Assembly: GCA_964016885.1 (NCBI GenBank)
Contig: OZ024745.1
Coordinates: forward strand, 7,440,001-7,504,000
Length of the DNA stretch: 64,000 nucleotides
Direction: 5' to 3'
From: Eledone cirrhosa
Taxonomy: Eukaryota
Below the pieces are notes generated by a model. It saw only the letters and a program-made list of their open reading frames with translations, was not told the DNA's origin and did no database searches. Positions 11,354 to 23,247 of the stretch are shown here, one piece after another (the stretch's first letter is position 1; the number at the start of each line of letters is the position of its first letter). Position numbers and translations under genes: made by a program.

Positions 11354-12027
11354 TTTTCAGTGGTTGGTGCCGAAAGATTTGGTACTGATGGTAACGTATC
11401 CTTTTCATATATTGTACTAATCCCACTGTCAATATTACTGCTAGCATCTGAATGCTTGCGAACACTGGACTTGCGCACATGACTACGGCCACGTTCTGAA
11501 TCCTTGTGAGCAAGATGATAGTCTGGGTGATTGCGGGATACAGACTCACCCATGTAGCACAACATACTGTGTTTCTGTGCTTCATGTTCTATTTGTTGCC
11601 GACTCTTTCCTTCCCGTGAACTGTGGTGGTGATGGTGGTGGTGGTGATATATTGTAGTCTCCTGATGACCTCCAATTGATTTTTCTTCACCCACACCGCT
11701 GTCATATGACCACATAGAATTTAAGTCCTTGTCTTTCTTCTTATAGAGAGCGTGCACCTTGGAAGCAAGTGCCGGCACTGGAACGGAAGGCATACCAGGC
11801 ACCAACGCTTTGCGGTGAGCACGTTCTGGAGATTTCGGTTTTGGAGAATGACCGCCCGGAGAGCGAAATGGCGTCTGCTGGGCAGAACTCTCCCATATCC
11901 GCGAGCAGTGCTCCTCTAAGATACTATCCGCTAGCTCATCATCAATGGGCACAATTGGAATAAGTGGGGGTAGCTTTGATGAAGCTGTCACATTAGCAAG
12001 GTTTTTACTCTCTTCAATATCATTGCT
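11354..12027 (-). CDS. Axin: Axin exon with beta-catenin-binding region (DSILEEHCSRIW), S/T-P cluster and poly-His tract, 674 bp, phase 0/2
   Basis: Acceptor tttcag|, donor |gtaagt. SILEEHCSRIW resembles Axin SILDEHVQRV. TPFRSPGGHSP and the His run follow in the same order as in Axin1/2. Confidence 0.95.
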
Positions 12028-12626
12028 CTGAAATAGAAATATACAATAATTAGAGAAAATCATATTTTAAATTAAAAGAAAGGGTTATGGATTAGATGGA
12101 TTGCCGATATTTATGTGAATCAAGATAAAACTTATCCAGTAAAATATTGGACATGGAAACCATTGGCAATCATAGAACAAAGTTACAAGTTGGTTTATGT
12201 TGTCACCATGGAGATGAGATAAAGATAAGTTGTAATGTTTACTATAGTTGTAATGTTTACTATTAATATAGTTGAGTAGAAGAAAGGGGGGGGATTAAAG
12301 CAACTCAAGGAAAATTGTAGGTGTGTTATAGAAGAGAAAAACAAAGTTTAGTAAGATCTGTTGAATTGTGTATGATATAGAAACAATGTGGTGATACCTG
12401 GCCTGGGAGCAGACCTATGACAAGGTTTGTAAGTATACACTATGAGAATATCTCGCTGAGCAATGTTCCAGAGGGGAGCCAAACCTGGGAGAAGACTCGT
12501 GACACGGATTGTAAGGGGAGCCAAAAGAAGTAAAAAAAAGGAAAGAATGGCCCCAGTAGACAATCAACGATGTAAAAAGCAGCAAGGATGAAACAGAAAA
12601 AAGGCTAGAGTAATGTAAAAACGTAC

Positions 12627-12773
12627 CCCACTGATACAACGAATACTCTCCCTCAACTTCTCATCTCTTTCTTGTTCCAAGTGAACCTTTTCTAATCTCT
12701 CGATTAACATGGATGCAAACTTTTCAGTATCAACTTCTGCTATGTTACGGTCTTTTGGTGCTCGGTCAGTTCT
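12627..12773 (-). CDS. Axin: Axin exon with GSK3-binding helix (RTDRAPKDRNIAEVDTEKFASMLIERLEKV...), 147 bp, phase 0/0
   Basis: Acceptor tttccag|, donor |gtacgt. KFASMLIERLE matches the Axin GSK3-interaction motif KFAEELIHRLE. Confidence 0.95.
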
Positions 12774-12849
12774 CTGGAAACACAAACAATTTAGTTCAAT
12801 AATACAAACAGTAACTTCAACCACTTCATTAGATACTATTAATATTATT

Positions 12850-13005
12850 AGGATGGTGGATTAACAGAGTCAGTCGAGTGTCAGTGGTATTTATATATTC
12901 TGAGTTCAAATCCTGCCACGGTCATCTTTTGCTGTTTATCTTTCTGGGGTTGATATAACTTTCCTCTTTCCCCAAATTACTGGCCCTGTGCCAATGTTAG
13001 AATTA
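12850..13005 (+). mobile_element. Diverged SINE in a short Axin intron
   Basis: gagttcaaatcctgcc...tactggccctgtgccaatgttaga. Confidence 0.72.
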
Positions 13006-13570
13006 TTAATATTATGGCAGTGAAGATGGTTGATGAAGACGTGGAGCATGATAAATGTAGTCATTTGGTATCTTTATAATTCTGATTTTAAATTGTGGTA
13101 ATTCTGTTCTGTAGGCTTCTGAGAGTAAATCAAAACATTAAGCAGAGGTAGAAGAATATAACAATGTAGAGTAGATTACAGATAAAATTCATCAGCAATC
13201 TTACTACAATGATATAATAACGTGTTTATGCCTGTCCTTTGTATATAATGCTGTTTGGAGGAATTTCCAATTGACAGTCATCAAAAGCAATGTAAAAAAA
13301 GAACACGTAAAGAGAAGTGGTCGATTATTTTCATGTGATAGGAATTTATCACAGAACTTTAAACTGTAGAATTACACGTCAATTTTTAGTTAGACAAACA
13401 AATAAAAATAGAGATAAAGTGAGGAGGTATAAAATGTTTGGAAGAGAAAGTAATTTTCGAAATCATAAACATAATTGAACCAAGAAAATAATAATAATAA
13501 ACAACAGCAATAATAGTGTGGTGAAGGAGTAAGAGGAAGTTGTTTTCAGTGTTTTTCCAGGTATACTTAC

Positions 13571-13682
13571 AGGTATGAACTGTTGGTGAATAGGTGCGTC
13601 CTTACTCTCACGATTCTGTTCCGCTCGCTTCCGTACTGTTCTTCTCTTTTGATATGATTTTGTATGGATTGGAATGCCATCA
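13571..13682 (-). CDS. Axin: Axin internal exon (DGIPIHTKSYQKRRTVRKRAEQNRESKDAPIHQQFIP), 112 bp, phase 2/0
   Basis: Acceptor ttttacag|, donor |gtaagt. Begins DGIP and ends FIP, like the Axin exon DGIPPY...PHIP. Too short for the ORF track; translated by hand. Confidence 0.92.
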
Positions 13683-14127
13683 CTGTAAAAGAGATAAGGT
13701 AGAGTTAGAAAATGATTGGTAGATGGGATAGAGTTAAAAATAGATGAATAATTAAAGAGAGGAGGGGAAGAGAAAAGACAGATATATAGTACAGAAGTGT
13801 AAGGGAGAGAGAGTTATAAAATACGTATATATTATGTAATATATTCACACACAGATATATATATATATATACATACATCATCACAAATATATGTCTAACC
13901 TTTTAACAGAGGGCAAAAAGTGGATGTGAAGTGTATATATGTCAATATATACATGTACATACGTATATGTGCATGTATACATACATATACAAATGCATAT
14001 ATAGAGAGAAATACCAAATATGTACATATGTAAGGGAAAACGGGCAGTAAATGATTATTTCTACGATATATTAGACATTAATGTAGCCACAACGCTACAT
14101 GTTATAGCTTCATGGTTACAAAAGTCT

Positions 14128-14410
14128 ATGTGTAGGTAGATATATGTGTGTGTGTGTGTGTATGTATTGCTATGTGTAGGTAGATATGTGTATGTATTGC
14201 TATGTGTATATATATGTGTGTGTGTATGTGTATGTGTTGCTATGTGTAGATATATATATGTGTGTGTGTGTATATGTATTGCTATGTGTATATATATATA
14301 TATGTGTGTGTATGTATTGCTGTGTAGATAGATATGTGTGTGTGTGTGTATGTATTGCTGTGTAGGTAGATATATATATGTGTGAGTGTATGTATTGCTA
14401 TGTGTAGGTA

Positions 14411-14463
<53 letters not shown>

Positions 14464-14580
14464 GTTTTGTTTTTCTTGTTTAAACAAGCAGGTTACAGCA
14501 CACCAATATACACATATGTACATACACACAAACACATATATACATACACACACACACACATATATATACATACACACATC
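14128..14580. repeat. Compound (TG)/(TA) minisatellite with GTATTGCTATGTGTAG unit, followed by a CA-rich tract
   Basis: Direct reading. Confidence 0.9.
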
Positions 14581-15194
14581 ATTGATTTTCCGTCATGGTA
14601 TATACTTGAGACTACAGCTAGATACCTTTATCAATGTCAATCCATATTTCTACGTATGGTAAATATTCCAGCGACTGTTGTCAAACTTAGAAGCTGCGTG
14701 ACATAAACTAAACGCTGCCAACTTCAGAACATATGCAAAGGTGCACATGCGCACTCACATACACACACACAGTTCTGACTACCAAATTCCACCACCGACA
14801 AGGTATCAGTAAGCTCAAGTCTATTGAGGAAGAACCTTACAGAAGGTGCAACAGATCAAACCTGTATATATTGTCATGGTCCAGTGGCTACGGTGCTGGA
14901 CTTACATAATGTTGTGGGTTCCTGGACTGGGCGGAATGTTGTGTTCATCATCAGCAACACCATTTCATCTTCAGGTTTTCAGTGCCCCCCCATATCTTTG
15001 AAAAACAACGTGATAAGAGCGCAGCTAACCCCACACAGGTGTAACAACAATCACCATTATCAATAATAGTTTCCCAGCTGAGTTGTAAAAGTATTCTACT
15101 AATGTTCCAATTTTTGGTATGGTTTTTACAGCTGGATGCTCTGACACTTCACAATGTCATCTTCATTTCCCATGTTGGCATAGGTTGATTATAT

Positions 15195-15830
15195 AGATAT
15201 ATACCCTTGCCACATTATATATATATATACACTCTCACCCATTATATATATATACCCCTGCCACATTATATATATATATAAATATATACTGCTGCCACAT
15301 TATATATATATATATACACACCCTGACCCATTATATATACACTCCTGCCACATTATATATATATACACCCTGACCCATTATATATATACCCCTGCCGCAT
15401 TTTATATATATATATATACACACCCTGACCCATTATATATACACTCCTGCCACATTATATATATACACACCCTGACCCATTATATATATACCCCTGCCAC
15501 ATTATATATATATACACCCTGACCTATTATATATATACCCCTGCCACATTTTATATATATATATACACACCCTGACCCATTATATATACACCCTGACCTA
15601 TTATATATATACTGCTGCCACATTATATATATATATACACACCCTGACCCATTATATATACACTCCTGCCACATTATATATATATACACCCTGACCTATT
15701 ATATATATACCCCTGCCACATTTTATATATATATATACACACCCTGACCCATTATATATACACTCCTGCCACATTATATATATACACACCCTGACCCATT
15801 ATATATATACCCCTGCCACATTATATATAT
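15195..15830. repeat. Compound minisatellite CCTGCCACAT-(TA)n-CACCCTGACCCAT-(TA)n
   Basis: Two fixed blocks alternate, separated by variable TA runs. Confidence 0.93.
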
Positions 15831-16063
15831 GTGGTGGTGGTATAAACAATATCATTGGATTTACTAATTATGACGTAAGTAAAATTGTGTTTGCCTTTAA
15901 ATGTATTTTTGTTTACTATGCTTGTTTTACTATATATATATGTGTGTTATGGAATACCGTTAGCTTCTCGCTACAACAGTTTCTATACTTTTCATTTATA
16001 TACACACACACACACCTCTGTCCAGCCCTTGCCAGCGAAGAAAACAGATGTTAAATGTTGATT

Positions 16064-16123
<60 letters not shown>

Positions 16124-16278
16124 AGTTTGTATATCAACTGTAGCAATACAGTTAGTCATTACATCACCTCCAGCTATAGGTTGTAACTGTTAAGAACAGG
16201 AGACTATATACTAAAACTTCTAACATATAATAACTACTACAAAGTCTTCTGCTTTTACTTTTGGCACACATTATTTGA

Positions 16279-16600
16279 TGGTAGAGGGTCGGACGCCATG
16301 CTTTCCAGCATAGTTACGTCCCTTTACGATCTGAGTTCAAATCCCGCCGAGGTTGACTTTGCCTTTCATCCTTACGGGGTCGATAAAATAAAGTACCAGT
16401 AATGCACTGGGTAATTGCTGGCCTTGTGCCTAAAGTAGAAACAATTATTTGATGCTTTCCAGCATAGCTACGTCCCTTTACGGACTGAGTTCAAATCCCG
16501 CCGAGGTTGACTTTGCCTTTCATCCTTACGGGGTCGATAAAATAAAATACCAGTAATACACTGAGATAATTGCTGGCCTTGTGCCAAAAGTAGAAACAAT
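16279..16600 (+). mobile_element. Two tandem young 5'-truncated SINEs
   Basis: Near-identical copies, each bounded by ATTATTTG (about 16270, 16444 and 16599). Confidence 0.92.
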
Positions 16601-16654
16601 TATTTGGTTCCTTGTATTTTCAATGTTATTGTCTGACAGTAGGGGGAGGGGTCT

Positions 16655-17075
16655 AATTTAGGCACAAGGCCAACAACTTTAGGAGGAAGTGAAAGTCGAA
16701 TAAATTGACGCAGTGTTTTACTGGTACTTTATTTTATCGACCCCGTAAAGATGAAAGTCAAAGCTAACCCTGGCGGGATTTGAACTCAGAACGTAAAAAA
16801 TATTGCCGCAAAGAATGGTGTTCGACACTATACTGCCCTGGGGGGTGGGGACACGAATGAATACAACTTCTTTCCATTACAATGGAAAATAATTGTTTCT
16901 AGCATATCCACAAGAGCAGTATTTGTGTTTGTGTGTGGGTGATTAAATGGACCTTAGTACTCTACTGGTAGCTACTTTATCGACGAATGAAAGGTAAAGA
17001 ACCAAGGTGAGATTTGAACTCAGAACGTAACGAACCGGAATTCAGTCAGGCGCTCTACCGACTCTACCAATAGAA
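16655..17075 (-). mobile_element. Two diverged SINE copies in the opposite orientation
   Basis: ggcacaaggcc...ggtactttattttatcgaccccg...atttgaactcagaacgtaa, present twice. Confidence 0.82.
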
Positions 17076-18323
17076 AATATTCGTTAAATACTTTAAGAAT
17101 GGGTGATGTTAATGCATTTCCTAAAATAATTTTTAACGAAAACATTTCAATTCAGGAAAGTCTTCATTAAAACACATTTTATTTTTACTTTAGTGATTTA
17201 GGAAATATTTAGGAGCCAATGTTGTGTAGAGCCTTTAATCAGCCCTGAGCTTATGATCAAAAGCATTCCAGCTGTGACCATCTCATCTACATCACACCGT
17301 ATATCTAGGACTACATTATTCAATGAGCACTTTCGCTTTTTTAATTTATTTATTTAAAAAGACAGGAAGATGAAGTATATTTGACTGCTATGTTTAGCAG
17401 GTCCGTCAGTTTAACGGTGTAAAGGGGTGGTAGCGTTAGAGGTGGTGAGAGGTTTCAAAGGTTTATATGTGAAGAGGGTTTTATAAAGAACATCAAAGAG
17501 AAATAGAGAAACAAAAAAAAAAATCACTAAAACAGAAACAAAACACAGTTGACAATGGTTCATTCACGTGAGGGGGGGGGGGTAGAAAGAGGGAGCAGGA
17601 GGGAAATAAGGAAATAAAGTTAATAATTAAATGAATATTGAAATTGAAGAATAAAGGAGAAATGAGTCAAAGAAAGAAAACAAATTAATTTGATAAAAAG
17701 ACAGAAAAGAAGAAAGCAACACACCACCACCACCAACAACAACAACACTATGATTTAAACTATTTACATTTTTTTTTGTTGAAGACGAAAGAAGAGAAAG
17801 GTAACATACACTAGAAACTGTGACAGCCAGTCGGCAGGTGAGATAGATTGGCAATAAAGGGTAATTGTTTGAAGAAGTACCATTAGTTAAGTTGCATGTG
17901 TACAGTAACAACAGTTAAACGATGAAAGGATGTGATGCTGGATGAAAATAACAACGGAAATTATCCCTTTATAGTAAAATAAGGTTTCTATAAACATGAG
18001 GGGCTTTGAAAAAACAGTTACATGTGTGTGGAAAGATCAATGTATAGGTAGGTGTTCGTTTGTGAAACTCAGGTAGACACAGGTAAGCAAGTCATGTAAA
18101 TCCACCTTGTGCAGATTTTATAATATATAAACAGTGGAGTTGTGTTTTTCCAAAGAGCAGAGAAGCTATAGTGGCTGTATTAAACGACAGCCGACAACTG
18201 ACATCTACTGAGTAATGGAGACGGGGATGAAACAATGTTTTAGATGTCCCCAAATTATCTAGACAAATCAAGAGAGAAGGGGGAGATGTAGTGGGAGGAA
18301 GATTTTTCAACTGCACTGAACTT

Positions 18324-18660
18324 CTACCACCACCAACACCACTACCACTACTACCACCACCACCACTACCACCACAGCTGCTGCTGCTGGATCCTAGCAA
18401 TGCAAAACGGCATCAAACAATAAGTGTATCAGTAAAGGTGGTGGTAATGGGAGTAGTGGTGGTGGTGGTTGTAGTGGTGGTAGTGGTGGTGATAGTAGTA
18501 CTAGTGGTAGTAGTGGTGGTGGTGGTCGTAGTGGTGGTAGTGGTGGTGGTGGTGGTGGTGGTAGTAGTAGTGGTGGTGGTGGTAGTGGTAGTAGTGGTGG
18601 TGGTGATGGTGGTAGTAGTAGTGGTGGTGGTGGTGATGGTGGTAGCAACAGCAGCAGAAG
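18324..18660. repeat. (CCA/CTA)n and (GGT/AGT)n trinucleotide tracts in inverted orientation
   Basis: Direct reading; these tracts are the source of the poly-V/T/P ORFs. Confidence 0.93.
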
Positions 18661-19839
18661 GTTGGTCAGAGAACACAAGGAAGATGCCAAGAAGCTGTTT
18701 GCTTTGATGTTGCCGACAAAACGAAATCATAGCTATCAGTTGTGAGGCTAGCTCCTCCCTAGCATCGATTGATGCACACACATATATACACAGACATATA
18801 CACACACACAGATACACAGACAGAACATGGTAACAAACACACGTACACAGTAATTTTATTTATAAACGTAATGATAGCAGAGAAGGACACGGTTGACACA
18901 CAGAAGCCTCATATATAAAAAGGGAAAGTAATAGTGTTAAAAGATTATAGAGAGAGAGAGAGAGAGAGGGGGGGGGAGGGTATTGAGGGAGAAATGCGGG
19001 TGTACAATAGGTAAACCATTGATACAGCGAGATGTCTTGTGTATGTATGTGTGTGTTAGTGTGAATGAGTAGAGTGTAGGTGTGTGTGCGTGAGTGTGCA
19101 CGTGCACGCGCGAAAATCTTTATCTGTCAGCCTTTGAAGTGGTAATAGTAATACATATCTTGTTATGAAGCCGAACATAATAATAATAAAAGGGTGGAAA
19201 AAGAGAGAAGGTGGGGAATGTATTGATTTCTCGTAGGGACCAGACTGGAGTGATTTCACTTCATTAACGCCAATTTCCCTTATAGAGAGAGATCCTACAA
19301 ACGAAGATTTTGTGATGTTCATCATGTAAGGTCCTTAAAGATAGGTTTTGACAATATAACACTAAATCAGTCTGTAGGTAGTCGATCTACTGCAATAGCT
19401 GTCAAATTTCCCTCAAATCACACCGTTACTGTCCTTATGAGACACCACCTTTCATCATACATTAAACACTTCAACAGAAACTCTACATTGGTCAACTTTG
19501 TAGAATTCTGTTAGCAGATGTGACGATATTTCCCTTAGTTTTCAAGTAAAGGATTCAAATTTGTTATAAAATCTAAGATTAAAAAACCTTTAACTCTCCG
19601 TGGAGTGGTAGGTGTGCGGTGATGGTATATGTCGTCTTGGATATTAAACACCTGGCAGAACCCATCCCCCTTCTAATTAGTTAACACAACCAACTTCCAG
19701 AGCGAACGAGAATCGACCCATGTCCTGGACTGGTACTTTATTTTATCGACAGGATTTGAACTCAAGAGAGCAGAAGGCAGGAATAGCGAGCCATTATCAA
19801 TACGATCCCGTAATAACTCCGCAGATTTGTGGTAGAGAC

Positions 19840-20090
19840 TGTAGTAGTGGAGACTTCCGGTGTTCTTGACCCCCAGACTCACTGCTTTCGGAGCGGAGTT
19901 AGCTGCCCTCATGTGTGAGCCCCGTCAGGTGGAGTGGCTGTTTCAGCGTGTCTCCCTTGCCGTCTTCAGGGCAATATATTTTCCATCCTGTCGGCCGGGA
20001 CCTAGAGGTGGACGGTAAGTTAGTTGGAGGTGGAGGGTACTCGTTCGAACGTCACAGACTCAATCACTTGAAAATGGAGAGATGCATAGT
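19840..20090 (-). mobile_element. GC-rich retroelement-UTR-like fragment related to 58300-58780
   Basis: Minus-strand block GACAG.ATGG..AA...ATTGCCCTG(G)AAGA.GG...GGGAGA...AGC.A.TCCA.CTG...AGC.AACTCC is shared by both loci. Confidence 0.45.
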
Positions 20091-20375
20091 CATCTAAAAT
20101 GACCCAAGAATATTACTGGTACTTATTGATCCCAAATGAAAGAAAAATAACTTGTTTCAAACACAAATTCGAAAGTTTACCGTAGCTATTTTCGTAATTG
20201 GACACAAAACAAAAGCTGAAAGACTATGAAATGGCGACTAAAGTTGTTTGCAGATCCACGATATCAAAAGAAAACAAGTTGAGAAGGTTTAGTAAAGCAA
20301 CCGGAAACTCAGATCGATTTTGTGTGTGATTGTTTTTTCACAATTGAAAGACGTACAAGTAATACACACACACAC

Positions 20376-20408
<33 letters not shown>

Positions 20409-20845
20409 AAGTATGTGTGTTTGATTGGACCGTAAAACAAAGAACAAAAACTTGACAAAATTGTCCAAATGGGCAAAACGATATTCTATTTCTTCTGTAG
20501 AATGACAACGGGTCGATATATGAAGGGCAATGGGACAAAGGGGTTGTTATGTAGTGTAAGTTGGACTGAGGATTGAACCTGTAAAGTATCTCCAGATATC
20601 CAAGAACGTACCTCTTGCTTTAATACGCCAGCCAGTAAAACCTGTTACGACCTGCTAAAAATAGCAGCCAAACCTATCAAATCAGACCCTCTTAGGAAAA
20701 GGAAGAATTAGCGTTAGATAGCCTGTCTAGTGACTAGGTCTTTAGATAAACATTCAGTTTTGACGGCCAACAGCAATGTTTTATTACCACCACCTCACTC
20801 CATCTGTCACCCCCCTCAGCAGTCTATTAGAGAGGTATATATATG

Positions 20846-20885
<40 letters not shown>

Positions 20886-21744
20886 AAATGTGTGTGCAAG
20901 TGAATAGAGAACACATATGGAGAGGGGGGCAGAGCATGAGAAGAGAGTGGAAGAGAGGATGAAAAGAAAAATATCCGATGAGGAAGGGGGAGGTCCCGCT
21001 TGTATGTGTATGTGTGTGTGTTTACGCGTGCACACACACACATACAAAGGTATAGTAAAGCCATGTAGAGCAAGTGTCTGTGTGTTCGACATGAAACTGC
21101 ACACATTGCTGATACTTGTGCATGCTTGAACAACATAGCAATTATATATTCAATACATATATTGAACATGCTCTGCAAAAAAGTTACATTATCACCCACT
21201 CCGATCCACATGGCCTCCACCTCACCAACCCAATATACTTTATCCATCAACTTGCAGCAATTCAAAAACAATCAAATGTTATTGCTATCCCTAAAGAGAG
21301 AATTTTTTAAAATTAAATTTAAAAAAATAAATAAATAAAGAGAGAAAGGTCAACAAGTTGTTTAGCCCGAGATTGGTTCATTTTGAGCAGATCTTTGATT
21401 AAAGGTGTTCCGCCAGTTGTACTTTTTACATCATCTACACCAGACTACATTATCTAATGTGTTCTTCCTTTTTGAAAAGTAGTAGTGTGTGATTTGAGGG
21501 AAATTTAGTTGTTTAGAGCAGGTAAGATAGAGAAGGAAAAGTATAGAAGACAGGTTTATAGTGTTACTATATAACCACTTCTATCTTATAAGTACCAGTA
21601 GTTGTCATCCTTATATAATCAGGTTTTAACCCTAACAGCACTGGACCTGACACTTTTTATAATCTTCCACAACTTTCATTACTTAACAGTTTAAGTTGTC
21701 TATTGTAACATCTGTTTTGCCACACATTATATAGGCTACTGCCA

Positions 21745-22985
21745 GGTAGCCATAACCCCCTATAGTATTGATAGGTCATCAAGTTTACCTAGACATAAGG
21801 TTGTCATAACCCCCTATAGTATTGATAGGTCATCATGTTTACCTAGACATAAGGTTGTCATAACCCCCTATAGTATTGATAAGTCATGTTTACCTAGACA
21901 TAAGGTTGTCATAACCCCCTATAGTATTGATAGGTCATGTTTACCTAGACATAAGGTAGTCATAATCCCCTATAGTACTGATAGGTCATGTTTACCTAGA
22001 CATAAGGTAGTCATAACCCCCTATAGTATTGATAGGTCATGTTTACCTAGACATAAGGTAGTCATAACCCCCTATAGTATTGATAGGTCATCATGTTTAC
22101 CTAGACATAAGGTAGTCATAACCCCCTATAGTATTGATAGGTCATGTTTACCTAGACATAAGGTTGTCATAACCCCCTATAGTATTGATAGGTCATGTTT
22201 ACCTAGACATAAGGTTGTCATAACCCCCTATAGTATTGATAGGTCATGTTTACCTAGACATAAGGTAGACATAACCCCCTATAGTATTGATAGGTCATGT
22301 TTAGCTAGACATAAGGTAGACATAACCCCCTATAGTATTGATAGGTCATCATGTTTACCTAGACATAAGGTAGTCATAACCCCCTATAGTATTGATAGGT
22401 CATGTTTACCTAGACATAAGGTAGACATAACCCCCTATAGTATTGATAAGTCATGTTTACCTAGACATAAGGTTGTCATAACCCCCTATAGTATTGATAG
22501 GTCATGTTTACCTAGACATAAGGTTGTCATAACCCCCTATAGTATTGATAAGTCATGTTTACCTAGACATAAGGTCGACATAACCCCCTATAGTATTGAT
22601 AGGTCATGTTTAGCTAGACATAAGGTAGTCATAACCCCCTATAGTATTGATAGGTCATGTTTAGCTAGACATAAGGTAGTCATAACCCCCTATAGTATTG
22701 ATAGGTCATGTTTACCTAGACATAAGGTTGTCATAACCCCCTATAGTATTGATAGGTCATGTTTACCTAGACATAAGGTTGTCATAACCCCCTATAGTAT
22801 TGATAAGTCATGTTTACCTAGACATAAGGTTGTCATAACCCCCTATAGTATTGATAGGTCATGTTTACCTAGACATAAGGTTGTCATAACCCCCTATAGT
22901 ATTGATAAGTCATGTTTACCTAGACATAGGGTAGACATAACCCCCTATAGTACTGATAGATGATGTTTACATAAGGTAGATATAA
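21745..22985. repeat. 51-bp minisatellite (CATAACCCCCTATAGTATTGATAGGTCATGTTTACCTAGACATAAGGTTGT), about 24 units
   Basis: Direct tandem units; occasional 54-bp unit with an extra CAT. Confidence 0.97.
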
Positions 22986-23247
22986 AGATCTATTATTGAG
23001 AGGTCATTATGTTTACCTTGACATAATCACCTATAATATTCAGTTTCATCCTATGGTTGCTAGTTCAAATTCCACCAGGACTATATTTCATTTGTTAGGG
23101 TTACTAAATATAAAGTATGTACTACTGAGATTAATTTCATAATTTATACTTGTCTTATTTAAATGTAACACAGAAGAATCTAATACCACTAGGGTTTTGT
23201 AATTTATCTCAACTTCTAAACTAAAACCACTTTACCCATCAATACCT

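Noticed and set aside
18291-18817. Poly-Val, poly-Thr and poly-Pro ORFs
   Set aside because: Trinucleotide microsatellite.
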